Source: Chiloscyllium plagiosum (lineage: Eukaryota). Taken from it: DNA of 64,000 nt. Position 1 is the stretch's first letter, and every line of letters starts with the position of its first letter. The stretch is from contig NC_057751.1 in the NCBI RefSeq assembly GCF_004010195.1, forward strand, positions 451,248 to 515,247, given 5' to 3'. The position numbers and the translations under genes are program-made. The notes beneath the pieces were generated by a model. That model saw only the letters and a program-made list of their open reading frames with translations. It was not told where the DNA came from and ran no database searches. Below, piece after piece: positions 1 to 62,059 of this stretch.

Positions 1-610
1 AGCCTTTACAATGAAAAGATTTGAGTACATTAGCAAGGATGACTTGTTGCAATTATTCAGGGCCTTGGTGAGACCACACACGCAATATTATGAACAGTCT
101 GGTATCCTTATTTGAGCATGTTCTGGCGGAAGAGGGAGTGCAATAAAGTTTCACCAGACTGAATCCTGGGGTGGCAGGACAAATGAATGAAGACAGACTG
201 GATTGATTTGGACTACGTTCACTGGAGTTTATAAGAATGAAAGGGAACCTCATCTCAAACTAAAATTCTCACAGGACTGGACAAGTTAAGCACTGAAAGC
301 ACATTCCTGGTGATAAGGGAGCCTAAAACCAGAGGACACAGTCAAAGGATACAGAGAAGGCCATTTCGTACTGAGCTGAGGAGCAATGTCTTCACCCAAA
401 GAATAATTTGCTGCCACAGAAAGTACGTGAATCTGAAACACAATGTTTTCGAGAAGGGATTACATACAGTTCCTTGGGCTAAAAGGATGAAAGGATGCGG
501 GACAAATGTAAGAACAGAGTTGAGCTGGATGATCAGCCAAGATCATATTGAATAGTAAAGCAGGCTCAAATGGGTGAATGGTCTACAGGCTCCTATTTTC
601 TGTGTCTTGA
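1..610 (+). mobile_element. CR1-clade LINE 3' fragment (decayed RT C-terminus and tail)
   Basis: LVRPH..Y-like segment, TRGHS..I motif, tail ggctcctattttc. Confidence 0.75.
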
Positions 611-1379
611 TGTAACTCTGCTCCACTTCACACGAGCTGTCGTCTGAACATTTCCACTTGAGTATTGTTTCATATGTCAAATTACCATCTCCTTCAGGCA
701 AACCTACCAGTAGCTCGAATGCATGTCTTAAGATTTTGACCTTCACAGTTTCATTTATCAGAGAACATGAAAGTGCAGGTGAGACAGAGCGCAAGGCCAT
801 CATTTTCATTATTTGCTTGCCTGAACAATAGCAAGTTGAAACTTGCTTTGCACATGTTTGCATGCTTTGATCATGCTACAAAATTTAAAGCAGATTTTCC
901 TGTATTGTGGGTTACAGGGAGCTATCTGAACAGTCCACTGACATAGAACTGGTCACAGTGCAGCTCTGATCCCTGAAATGCATAATGGTATTTGACTGAT
1001 TCACAGTGGCATATTTGTGCAATATCTCCTCACCACCTTCCCAGATAAAGGTGCAAGCTCCAGTGATACAGTAACAGCAAAACAATCAGAGCATCAGAAA
1101 CATGTTGCTCACCCAATTCCCAGTTCACAAGTTTGCAGGTCTACAAACAACGCAAGTGGTCAGATACTTTGAGGTAAAGCCCTGCTGAGGCCTTGCAGCC
1201 TCTAATACCTATTGGGTGAGATCAGTGACCTTGGGCTCTTCTTTACTGATGGCAGAGACAGCGAATGGGCAGCGTTTTAAGTGATACACTTGGAGGAACA
1301 GAACAATCCCTTGGCAAAAAATATTGTTTAAAGCAATCACAGTAAAACATTTCAAGTAACACCAAGCAGCACAGACTTA

Positions 1380-50970
<49,591 letters not shown>

Positions 50971-53844
50971 TGAGGAGGCAGGGCAGAATCTGCAAAATGA
51001 AGTAATCACATTCGAACATCACAGTGCTCCACAAAGACAGCACAGATACTCCACTTAAATCAGTTCTGGATTTTATTTTTTGCATGTTAGCCCTGGCTGT
51101 GTAGCTCATACCATCAGCCTAATCACAAGGTTATTTCACTCCAGGTTAGACATGGTCAGTGTCAAAATTGTAAGATTGCAGGACTACCAGAGATGCTATC
51201 TATTGTCTCATCTGAAAGACAAAGGCCACAGTTGCCCCCTCAAGTGAACAGCAATGGTTCCGCAGCATTATTTTGAACAGGAACAGAGTAGGTACCCCAA
51301 TATAAAACAGGTTATCGGTACTGACGCAGAGAACACAAATCAGATGTATGTCACTGGCACAAAGCACTTTGGTGGTTACAGACAATCACATTCAACAGAA
51401 ATGCAAGTTAGCTTATACTTTACAGCAAGCACGTCAACTACAACAACACAAAGACTGCCTACTTTCTGAATAAACCCATGACAAAGCAGCATCTTGAAGC
51501 CAAATTTGCAAGCTCATGCGGTATGCAACATTTCACCATTCAAGTTAATTGAAGAGGAAATTTAAAAAAACTAAATTATATCGTGCTTTTCACATCTGAA
51601 GAACTAAAGCAGCCAATAAAACACTGATTGTGAGATGAAACAGAAACCTCAAGACAGCAAGTCTGTGATATTAACACAGAGTGGGCTAACTGCAGTGTTA
51701 CTGTTCAAGTACCGGACAATTGATTTAGCTGCTAGTTCGAGACCATTACATTAGATTGAGACCAGCACTACTGAGTCATCAGCTAACTCAGAATCTGGAG
51801 GTGAGAGCATGTTTAATTGGCAGTTAAAATCAGCAAGATGAGGGGGTATAGGTGATTAGAAGTTACAGATATCTGAAATGGAGAATGGGGTGAAAGAAAA
51901 ATACTCTCTTCAGAGATTGAAGGTAAATCAGTGAAGCAAATTCTGGCTATCTCAAGATCGACTGACATCAGGGGCTTCATTCTCCTTGTGTTTATATTGT
52001 TACATGTCACCTCAGACTGTAGAGATCACTCAGAATTTGAGATAAGATGTGCAACAAAGCATAATGTGTGTGAATCACACAGATATTCTCAGCGAGAATC
52101 ATCTGTGGGGCACTTGCAAGATGATAGCATACTTCAAAGTGAGTCAACTTCATACTTTTTGGACAAGAAAAGATTCTGCATTGATGACAAACTCCAAATT
52201 CTAGAACAAGGAGGAGTCCTTTGCAAGAGCAAAAATGAAACACAGATCCAAAACTGCTCCCTCCATGCTTCTGGAGGTCACTGCTGCTCTGCTGAGTATC
52301 ACGCACTCAGGTCACACAAAGCACAATCAGATAGAGAAGAAAGCAATTCTAATTTGAATCTGAACCACACCTGAGTCACAGATTTTTGTGACACCATTCT
52401 TTCTCAAGAGTCAACTTCTCTTATTGGGCTCATTTCAGAATAGTTTTGTAGTTGGAAGTGTTCTATTCTGACTTACTTGGATGACTTGAGTGCAGATTTG
52501 ATCAGATTCCCAATCAGCGTATGAGAAATTTCTGACTTGGCATAATCTTTCCAACAGTTAATTATGCCTTCATTCACTATTCATCAGTCACGATCACATT
52601 TCACGTCCTAATTCTTCTTTCCATTTGATCTTGTCCAAATGACAATGATCTCATGCTACCTGCCCAGGAGGTGGCATGTCAATACTATTGAGCATTGTCT
52701 CTCAGCCTGTCATTCACAATGAGTCCCTCTGACCATTAACATGAACAGATTGGTGCAAAACTGTCATCTTTCTTTACAATTCCTGTCACGGTTACAGCCC
52801 TATCTCTAACCTTTGCACCCTAACCCTCTCCCTTTCTGTCACCTCCCCAAGCCCCACACCTTTCCTGTCTTAATAATCTCCAAATGTAACCTCATCTAGC
52901 CCTACCTTCCTCTAATTCTGTTGGTAATCATTGCACTATTGGTGGCCATTCTTTCAGCCTCCAGGCACTAAGCTCCAAAATTCATTCTATCAACGGCTTG
53001 GTTATTTCCCCTCTGTTTGGATACTGTTTAAATTGTAACTGCAGCCATGTGTCTGAACAACAGTCTTTCAGCTCTTCTGAAGTTACGTGCTAAACTGGAG
53101 TAGGTTGAAGTTGCTGTGAAAATAGAAGGTGTTGGAGTTGGCATCAGTTTCATGGTTCGGGTCTCCTCACTATTTTCTGAAATTGCATGTAGCTTGGAGT
53201 AATTTATCATTAAAATACACGGCTGGTGAATCAGTAAATCAGACAGCAAAAGTCATTCAGGCCCTTAACCACACATTTCCACCTCCCCTACATAGTTTCG
53301 GAAGGTGTTTCTTTGGAACCTGCAACTTGGGAGCACAAACAGACCATCGATCCTGCAAGCTTGCTGCACCATTCAATAAGATCACAGTCAATCTGGTTGT
53401 GCTCTCAGCTCAACGCTCGCCCATAACACAACTCTTTCATTTATTAACTATCTCACTGAGCCTTGAACAAATTCCAAGACCCAGCCTCCACTGTTTTCCA
53501 AGAGAGAGAATTCCTAGTTCATGTAACCCTGAGGGAAAATAAAGTCTCCTCCTCTTAACTTTAAACATTACATTTCTTATTCTTGAACTGTGCTCCCCAA
53601 ATCCAGTCTGTATCACAAGAGGCAACACCCTCGCAATCAAGTCCTCTCAGGATTATTTCCATTTCAATAGAATCTCCCTTCACTTAATGGACCTCAGTCC
53701 AGTTTGTCAGCTTTTCCTCACATATTAATCATTCCTAACACCAGAAACGAGTCCTTGTTAAGTATATAACTAATTGGTTCCATCTTCAGTTTATAATCAT
53801 GGGTCATTATTGCATGATGCCAAGAGAGAAATGAATTTTTTTTT

Positions 53845-54160
53845 TAGATTAGATTACTTACAGTGTGGAAACAGGCCCTTCGGCCCAACAAGTCCACACC
53901 GACCCGCCGAAGCGCAACCCACCCATACCCCCACATTTACCCCTTTTAACCTAACACTATGGGCAATTTAGCATGGCCAATTCACCTGACCTGCACATCT
54001 TTGGACTGTGGGAGGAAACCGGAGCACCCGGAGGAAACCCACGCAGACACGGGGAGAATGTGCAAACTCCACAGAGTCAGTCGCCTGAGTCGGGAATTGA
54101 ACCCGGGTCTCTGGCGCTGTGATGCAACAGTGCTAACCACTGTGCCACCGTGCCGCCCAC
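53845..54160 (-). mobile_element. HE1-type V-SINE, young and full length
   Basis: Reverse complement of the 49214 and 58851 copies, CpGs retained. Confidence 0.92.
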
Positions 54161-54299
54161 TATTGCTGACAGTTACTGCAACTCATTAGAAATTTCCATT
54201 TGTGCTCCGAGATTTTCTGTGGCACCAGAACTTCTGTAAACTTGGTTTTCCATTTTGTTGGCCAAAGTAAAGGCTGATATGGATCCCAAGGAGAATCTG

Positions 54300-55290
54300 G
54301 GAATAGTTGTAAAACCTCAACATGACTTCCCAACTCCGACATTCAAAGGACTGAGCAAATAAGGCAAGTGTACCAAAAGCTTTTTTAAACTACCTTGTCT
54401 GTATGTGATGCAAACTTCAATTAATACTCACCTGAACTCAGAGGTCCCTCTGTTCTCCAACACTATCCAGGTCTTGAACATTAATTGCATAAGTACTACC
54501 CTTGTTTGTTGTCCCAAAATGCAGTGCTTTGCACTTGTTCTGATTGAACTCCATCTGCCATTTGTAAGTCTATCGACCCATTTGGTCAAGATCCCTTTGT
54601 AATATTAGAAAACTACCTTCAACATCTACTATACCACTAGTTTTGGTGCACTCTGCAAACTTACAAACTATGCTTTCCATCTTCTCATCCAAATTGTTTA
54701 TGAACATGTAAAAGGACTCAGAACAAATCTCTGTGGACCAGCACTGGTGACAGGCCTCCAGTCTGCAATGTTACCCTCCACAACCACTGTCTCCTGCCAT
54801 TAAGCCAATTACATATCCAATTGGCAAGCTCCCCTGAATCTCATTGGACCTAACTTCACTAATTAGTCTGCCATGCTGAACCTTCAAGGTTTTACTGAAG
54901 TCCAAGTAAACAACATCCACTGCTCTGCCCTCAACAAGCTTATGGGTAATTTGATCAAAAAACTCAATCAAGTTTGAGAGACAATTTTCTTCACATAAAA
55001 GCATGCTGATCATCTTTTATAATCATCAACAATTTACCCACAACCAAAGCCCTAGTCACAGGTCTATGTTGCCCTGCTTCTCCTTGCACCTTTCTTTAAA
55101 ATAGGCAACATAACAAGCCTCCTGTCTTCCAGCAGCTCAGCCATAGATAAAGATGATGCAAATATTTCTGAAAAGGGTCTCGCAATTTCCTCCCTTAGTT
55201 TCCACAATGTTCTGGGATACATTAGACCAGGTCCCAGCAATTCATGCATCTTTACATTCTCTAAGACCTCCCAAATTTCCTCTTTTGCAA
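54300..55290 (-). mobile_element. Decayed CR1 RT fragment
   Basis: AVDVVYLDFSK, GPGLMYPRTL. Confidence 0.8.
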
Positions 55291-56409
55291 TCAAGTCTAC
55301 TCTGCCATTTGATGAGATAATGGCTGATCTGATCATCCACTTTCCTGCCTTAGTTTAACTTAATTTGATTTATTGTCGCATGTACCTCGATATCGTGAAG
55401 TTTTGTTTTGTGTGCTATACAGGTAGATCATATCATGCAAAGTGCATTAGTTTAAAAGAACAGTGCAAAGAAAACAAGGTTACAATTGTAGACAAGATGC
55501 TCAAAGAACAATATCAATATTCAAATTTTAAGTTTGAGAGGTCCATTCAGAAGTCTGATAAAACCAAGAAAGAAGCTGCTCTTGAATCTTGAGGTACACA
55601 TGCTCCAGCTTTTGTACCTTATCTGTAATGAAAAACACTGAAAAAGATTATAACCAGGGCAGAAAAGGTCTTTGATAATGTTGGCTGTCTTCCCAAGGCA
55701 GTGAGAGGTATAGATGGAGTCAATGGATGGAGTTTGGCTTGCACGATGAACTGAGCTGTGTTCACAACTCTCTGGAGGTTCATATGGTCCTGGGCAGAGC
55801 AGTTGCCCTTATTCTCAGATTAAGGTGCCTGGTCCTCGACTCCACAAGGGGAATTGACTTTACAAATGCACTCAGTCAAGTCCCCTAAGAAACTTGTATA
55901 TCAAGCACGTTTGTCACTCTTCAAAATTGCAATGAATACATGTGCAAAGACAGTCACTCCACATCTGGTATCAGCGAGGTGAACTTTCTCTGAGCTGCTT
56001 CCAGTGCCAGTATACCCTTCCTTAGGCAATGGGCCCAAGACTGTTCATGGTATTCCAACCAGGATTTGACAAGGGTCTTGTACAATTTAAGCAAAACCTT
56101 CCTACTTTTATACTATATTCCCTTTGAAATAATGGCTAAGATTACATGTGCACCTTCCCCAAATCCATGCCTGAAAAAGCAAATGTTTGCATCTTTGGTT
56201 TATCTTTCTACAGTTGAAATCAAGCTAACATTGAGTGGTGATCTACCTGTTGCATTGGTTTTAAGAAAAGTATAAAAAGGTCTTTGCATTAAGCCATGTG
56301 CGCAACTTCTCCGAGGAACACGGAAGCGTATAACCTCTGTTTATGGATGCTCTGTGCTGGGCTGCAAGAAAATAGAGTGTAGACTTAAAAGCCAGATCTT
56401 CAGTTGGAG

Positions 56410-56765
56410 GCTTGGGATGGCATAATGTTGGGGGAGGGGAAGTGAGGAAGCTGGTGAAATTCACATTGATCCCATGTGGTTGCAGGGTCCCAAGGCGGAA
56501 CACGAGGCTTTCTTCCTCCAGGCGTCGGTTCCTAAGGGTTTGGCGTTGGAGGCTGTCCAGGATCTGCATGCCCTTTGCTGAGTGGGAGGGGGAATTGAAG
56601 TGTTCAGCCATGGGCCGGTGGGGTTGTTGGTGCATGCGTCCCAGAGATACTCTCTGGAATGATGCGCAAGTTGGCACCCTGTCTTCCTGATGTACAGGAG
56701 ACCACATCAGGTGCAACGGATACAGTAGATGACACTGGTGGAGGCACAGGTAACTTTCTGTTGGA
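56410..56765 (-). mobile_element. Penelope-like (Neptune-type) GIY-YIG endonuclease remnant
   Basis: TCASTSVIYCIRCT*CGLLYIRKTG, then (frameshift) PMAEHFNSPSHS...RRLEEESLVFRLGTLQPHGINVNF. Confidence 0.85.
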
Positions 56766-56819
56766 TGAGCTACAGCGAGAGGTTATGGCCGTTTTCCCTG
56801 GAGCGTCGGAGGCTGAGGC

Positions 56820-57450
56820 TGATCTATAATTTCCCATCTTTTGTCTACCTCCCTTTAACAGTGGCGTCACATCTACTGTTTTCCAAGCTGCTGGAACTGC
56901 ACCAGAGTCCAGTGAATTTTGAGAAATTACCACAGGTGCACTTGCTATTTCTCCCACCATCTCTTTCAGCACCCTGGGATGCATTCCATCAGGGCCAGTA
57001 GACTTGTCCACCTTTAGCTCCATTAGCATGCCCAACACATGCACAGGGTGGCATGGTGGCTCAGTGGTGAGCATTGTTGCCCTTCAGTGCCAGGGACTTG
57101 GGTTCAATTCCAGCCTTGGGCAACTGTCTATGTTGAGTTTGCACATTCTCCCCATGTCTGTGTGGGCTTTCTCCTGCAGTCCAAACATGTACAGATCAGG
57201 CGAACTGGCCATGCTTAATTGCCCATCGTGTTAGGTGCATTAGTCAGAGGGGAATGGGTCTGGGTGGGTTAGTCTTCAGGGGGTCAGTGTGGACTGTAGG
57301 CAATCTAATCTAATCACAACCTCTTGCATGATAATGATTGTTTCCAGATCCTCACCTACCTTCATCGCTTTGTCAACTACTGGCATGTCATTCGTGTCCA
57401 CCATTGTGAAGACTGACAAAATATCTATTCAACGCCTCAGCCACTTCCTC
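56820..57450 (-). mobile_element. CR1 fragment with an HE1 SINE (+, 57046-57313) inserted
   Basis: KSTGPDGMHPRVLKE motif; SINE head and core. Confidence 0.8.
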
Positions 57451-58850
57451 ATAGGTGATGCCCGCAAAACCATTACCAATTGTTGCAATCATCCATCTGA
57501 TAGTCTCCTTCCCTACAGGGCATTAATCAGTCAACCTTACCTGGTCTGGCCTACATGTGACTCCACACCTACAAGAACGTGGTTGATTCTTAACTGCCCT
57601 CTGCACAATTATGGATGAGCAATAAATCCTTATGGAGCTAGTGATGCTCTCATCCTGCAAATGAAAAAAAAAACTTAAGAAATCATACACGATATGGGTT
57701 ACATTCTATTCCTCAGAATATTCTCCAATGTACAGAACACAAATATTTTCAAGTGACCCATCTATCAGGGTTAGTTAAATTTCAAATCAGTCGCGTTAAA
57801 CATCCTCTACCACCTGAGGATGCAGTCTATGTAATGGAGGATGGAAGGACAAGAATAAAGGCAGACCTTCAGAGATCTCAGTATGGTCAGCCTGTCCTTT
57901 TAGTATCCAGATTTAATCGCAATCAACACAGGGACAAAGGACTGAAGAACAGGTGGCAGCCAATGGGACCCTCTAAGATCATGGCTGATCTCAACTCCAG
58001 TTTCCTGTCTACACACGAGAACTCTATCAAAAAGCAATCTAACTTAGCATTGCCAATATACTTAATGACTCAGTGTCCACTGCTTTCTGGGAGAGAAAGA
58101 TCCACTTCACCCTTCTATTTAAACACAGGGACCTCTTATTCTTTAGTCTTAATGACCCCTAAAAAGGAAACATCCTGACATTATCCACCATACCAAGTTT
58201 CCTCAGGATCCGAACTCAACAAAGTGACCTCTTGTTCTTCTATAGTTTTGTGCTTACAGGATCAACCTTTTCAGCCTTTCCTCATAAGCCTTCATTCTGG
58301 GAGTGAGAGAAGTTAACTTTACACATTGTGTTCCATCTGCCCTCATTTACTTCATCTGGCTTTAAGCCTTAGCAAACACTCTCTCTCTCACATCTTGGCA
58401 ACTTTACTTTCCTACACCTTGGATGTCACCAGCAAACTTTGCTCCCATATGTTCAGTCTAATCAACCACATTACGAATATGCACTATAAGTAGTTCACAC
58501 ACCTTTGCTTACCAGCTCAAAAAGTCTCTTATTCTTACTCACTGCTTCCTGTAAGCTAACCAAACATTTAGCCATACTGATACATTACGTTCACCCCATG
58601 TGGTCTTTGATTTGGCTCTTTATAAAATTACATTTGGACATTTCAAGACATCACCGCTACCAATTTCCCTCAGTCCACTATGAGCATCACTATTTAAACA
58701 GAATTACACACCATTTCCCATTCATGAAGTACCATCAACTCTGCTTGATCATACCATTTACTAAGTATTTTTCCATAATAATAATCGTATCAACATCATT
58801 TCTGACAACCGATTTCAAAGCAACTGGTTAATAGCTTCCAACTGCACTAG

Positions 58851-59172
58851 TCGGCGGCACGGTGGCACAGCGGTTAGCACTGCTGCCTCACAGCGGCTGA
58901 GACCCTGACTCAGGCGACTGACTGTGTGGAGTTTGCACGTTCTCCACGTGTCTGCGTGGGTTTCCTCCGGGTGCTCCGGTTTCCTCCCACAGTCCAAAAA
59001 TGTGCAGGTCAGGTGAATTGGCCATGCTAAATTGCCCATAGTGTTAGGTAAGGGGCAAATGTAGGGGTATTGGTGGGTTGCGCTTCAGCGGCTTGGTGTG
59101 GACTTGTTGGGCCGAAGGGCCTGTTTCCACACTGTAATGTAATCTAATGTAATCTGTAATGTAATCTAATCT
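58851..59172 (+). mobile_element. HE1-type V-SINE with extended (TGTAA/TCTAA)n tail
   Basis: Full element; tail ctgtaatgtaatctaatgtaatctgtaatgtaatctaatct. Confidence 0.92.
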
Positions 59173-59621
59173 AGTCCTTGTCCAAAGCCAAAGGAAACAT
59201 GGGAGGTTTTGTGCAATATATTCACTCTCTCTGCAGTCAGTTCTTAAAAGATCTTTGGATGCAGTCCATCAGGTCCTGGTACCTTTCCCTTATTGATGAT
59301 GATCACTTTTTTGAAGTCAAGTCCTCCCTGTAGTGTATTTAAGAAGATTCCCAAGTCTTCTGACAAGCAGTTAGCCACAAACTATGTATTCTAAGCCTCC
59401 ACCAGTCCTGGAGGACCAACACTAGCTTTCATTCCCCTTTATTTTTCCACTTCCAAGTATTGGCCAAAGCTCTTCCCATCTGTTTTTATGCTGCTGACGA
59501 CCTTTCCCTCACACCACTTTCATTTTTTGTTCTGACTTAAAACCAATTTTGGACGCTTTACTTTAAAAAACTGGTTTTCTTTTGAACTGAATACGAACCT
59601 ATTTCCAAACGTTTTCCTTAC

Positions 59622-59700
59622 TTCCCCCCGGGGCCAAACGCGGGATAAAATTCAGCGCCCCGCTGGAATGAAACCTCCCTCCAACTCAATCAGCGCTTTA
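59622..59700 (-). other. Candidate non-coding first exon of PIWIL2 (3' end only; start unknown)
   Basis: Minus-strand donor GAA|gtaagg at 59621-59620 at the edge of the CpG-rich region; the ATG exon has an acceptor, so an upstream exon must exist. Confidence 0.35.
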
Positions 59701-60019
59701 AAACATTCACTCAAAACTTGAGAAGACACAGAGGATTACACCAGGTAGGAGCTATCCTGCTATCTACGGAGATGAAAATACTGGCGTTGATTGATTCCAA
59801 ACCGTCGCCTCTCGAGCAAACAACAGCCACCCCGCACCTAGCCGCGAGCGCCGCACTAACCACCGGGAAACCAGGACACACCCCCCTTCACCCACGCAGG
59901 CGCGACCACCAGCTCTCCACCCCATTGGAGGAAATAAACCATCAATCAAACCGTCGAGCCCCGCAGACCCCAACGTTTTGCTGGCAGGACCTGCTCTCCC
60001 ATTGGCTGAGGGGGACACG

Positions 60020-60256
60020 GGTTGAAGAGTGTGGCGCTGGGAAAGCGCAGCTGCTCAGGCAGCATCCTGGGAGCGGGGTGAGTTCGACGTTTCCGGCATA
60101 AGCTTTTCGTCGCTCGAAACGAAACAATTACCTGACGAAGAAGCAGCACTGCGAAAGCTAGTCCTTTCAGATAAACCTGGTGGACTATAACCTGGTGTTT
60201 TGTGATTTTATTTTTAAACTTTGTACACCCCAGTCAAACGCCGGCCCCTCTAAATC
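60020..60256. mobile_element. Two fused Penelope-type ends within the CpG-rich promoter
   Basis: Family-1 end (..ggcagcatcc..cgacgtttccggcataagc) joined to family-2 end (cctgacgaagaagcagcactgcgaaagctagt..ataaacctggtggactataacctggtg). Confidence 0.7.
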
Positions 60257-60449
60257 TGACTGGGTGGGTTTTTCTTGCGCGTGAGGTCGGACGGTGGGAA
60301 AACTTGAGAGAAGGTGGAGCCTGAGCGGGGGCGCATGCGCCAACGTATCCCTGTTGACGGGCGGGGAAGAGGTACGTGACGCATGCGCACCGGTGCCCGG
60401 CACGAAGGGCGTGTTGGTTGTGCGCCTGCGTGGTCGCTGGCTGGGAAAG

Positions 60450-60532
60450 ATGGCGCTGAACCTGAGTCGGAATGGGCCTGCTCTGCAGGCTGCCTACCAG
60501 GATGTGGTCAATGATAAGACCAGTACTGACTG
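60450..60532 (+). CDS. DBNL: Drebrin-like protein, first coding exon ([28 protein letters not shown]), start of ADF-H domain
   Basis: Kozak aagATGG; peptide matches the DBNL N-terminus ([11 protein letters not shown]....K..TDW); TG|gtaagt donor; downstream exons not seen in the window. Confidence 0.88.
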
Positions 60533-60942
60533 GTAAGTTGTTGGGTCGGGGGGTAAAGAAAATTCAGCAGTGCCCAGATTGATCTTGTGTATTGAGCTGG
60601 GCTACAGAGAGAGCGGGAAAGGGCTCGTTTGACTGTGTTTTGCTGAAGGGAGTGAAGGACGGATCAGGGTGGGATTACCTGGTGTAGTCTTTAGTTAAAG
60701 GGAGGCGTTCAGCACCGGAGCCCATTCGGCCCATCGTTCCTGTGGCTTCTCTATCATTCAGACTTCGACCATGTGTTGGTGCCACGCCTTCTCCCTGTGA
60801 CTGTATAACAGTCATTTTTAAAAAAATTTCCATATCTCTGGTGAACTTGCCTCCACCACACACTACATGAAAAGAAATTCTCCTCCTGTCTGGATTGTTT
60901 CTTTTGTCCATGAGTTTAAATCCGTGTTCTCTGGATCGTGAT

Positions 60943-61066
60943 ACTTCCATTAGTGGTGAAAGTGAGGTCTGCAGATGCTGGAGATCAGAGCTGAAAATGT
61001 GTTGCTGGAAAAGCGCAGCAGGTCAGGCAGCATCCAAGGATTCCAGCAACACTTCCATTAGTGGTG
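60943..61066. mobile_element. Short Penelope-type insertion with 16-bp TSD in DBNL intron 1
   Basis: TSD acttccattagtggtg at 60943-60958 and 61051-61066; insert nearly identical to the 2128-2180 arm. Confidence 0.8.
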
Positions 61067-62059
61067 CCAGGCAGCATCAGGTGGTGAAAAAGTCAATGTT
61101 TTGGGTGTAAACCTCTGAAGGGTCTCACCCGAAAGTTTGACTGCTCCATCTCATGGTGCTGCCTGGCTTGTTGTGTTCGTCCAGCCTTGTGCTTGTCTAT
61201 CTTTGATTCTGTTATTAGTGCAGTTTTTTTGTTTTATCCAGGCCATTTATGATTTGAATATCTTTGTCAAATTGCCTTCTGATTTTCTCTCAATTGCAGC
61301 CCAACATCTACAATGTTCTTAGTTCACCTCAAACTCTTTATCCCCAGAATAATTTTAAGCCAACTCTCATCTGCATTTCCTGAAGAACTGTGTCCAAAAC
61401 TGCATGTTGGTCTTAAATGTAACTGGCTATGGAATCCAAGAATAAATTCTATTGGATGTGAGTTTAGAACAAGAACCAGGAAGTATATTTTGATCACATT
61501 GCTGTTTTTAAATTGAGGAGTTCGGCTTTGCAGATGATAACCTAAATTGGCCATGTAGTTGGTGCAGAGAAAGTTGCAAATAGCAAGATATTGGTACATT
61601 AATTTTGTGGGTGGAACAATAAATGTTAATGGATAAGTGAGATATTGTATTTGGGCAAGGCAAATAAAACTGGGGGATGGGCCGGAATTATTTGAATTAA
61701 ATTAGGTTTATTGTCACGTGTTCACATGAACATGTGAAAAGTTTATACGTTTCCACTTAAGATGCTGTCTTCAGTATAATGGTATCAAAGTACAGAATCT
61801 TGGTACAAAGCAGAAAAATAAAGAAAACAAAGTTTTAAAAAGTTAAACATTTCTGTCCTTGTTAAAATGTAGAAAAGCAAAGAAACACAGTTAACAGTTC
61901 AACATCACGGTCCATAAGTGCCTGACCATGCTGGGCTTGCATTCCTCACCAGAACCCGACCTCACCCCTGCCGCTGCTCTGAGCTGCCTGGTCTCCCTGC
62001 CTTAGCCTGTTCCTGCTCCCACTCCCTCCTTTGAATACCTTGCTGCTTGTTCTCACTGC

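Larger units (their letters stand above)
59600..60449. promoter_or_regulatory. CpG-rich, probably bidirectional promoter (DBNL +, PIWIL2 -) with NRF1 motifs
   Basis: Visibly CpG-dense against a CpG-depleted background; GCGCATGCGC at 60331-60340, CGCATGCGCA at 60380-60389, TGCGCCTGCG at 60421-60430. Confidence 0.75.

Noticed and set aside
59132..59172. Short tandem repeats as a CRISPR-like array or satellite
   Set aside because: Simple SINE tail microsatellite in a eukaryotic genome; no spacers.
59795..59960. Possible A-MYB sites (AACCGTC) in the promoter
   Set aside because: Short motifs expected by chance in CpG-rich DNA; cannot be supported without conservation or ChIP data.
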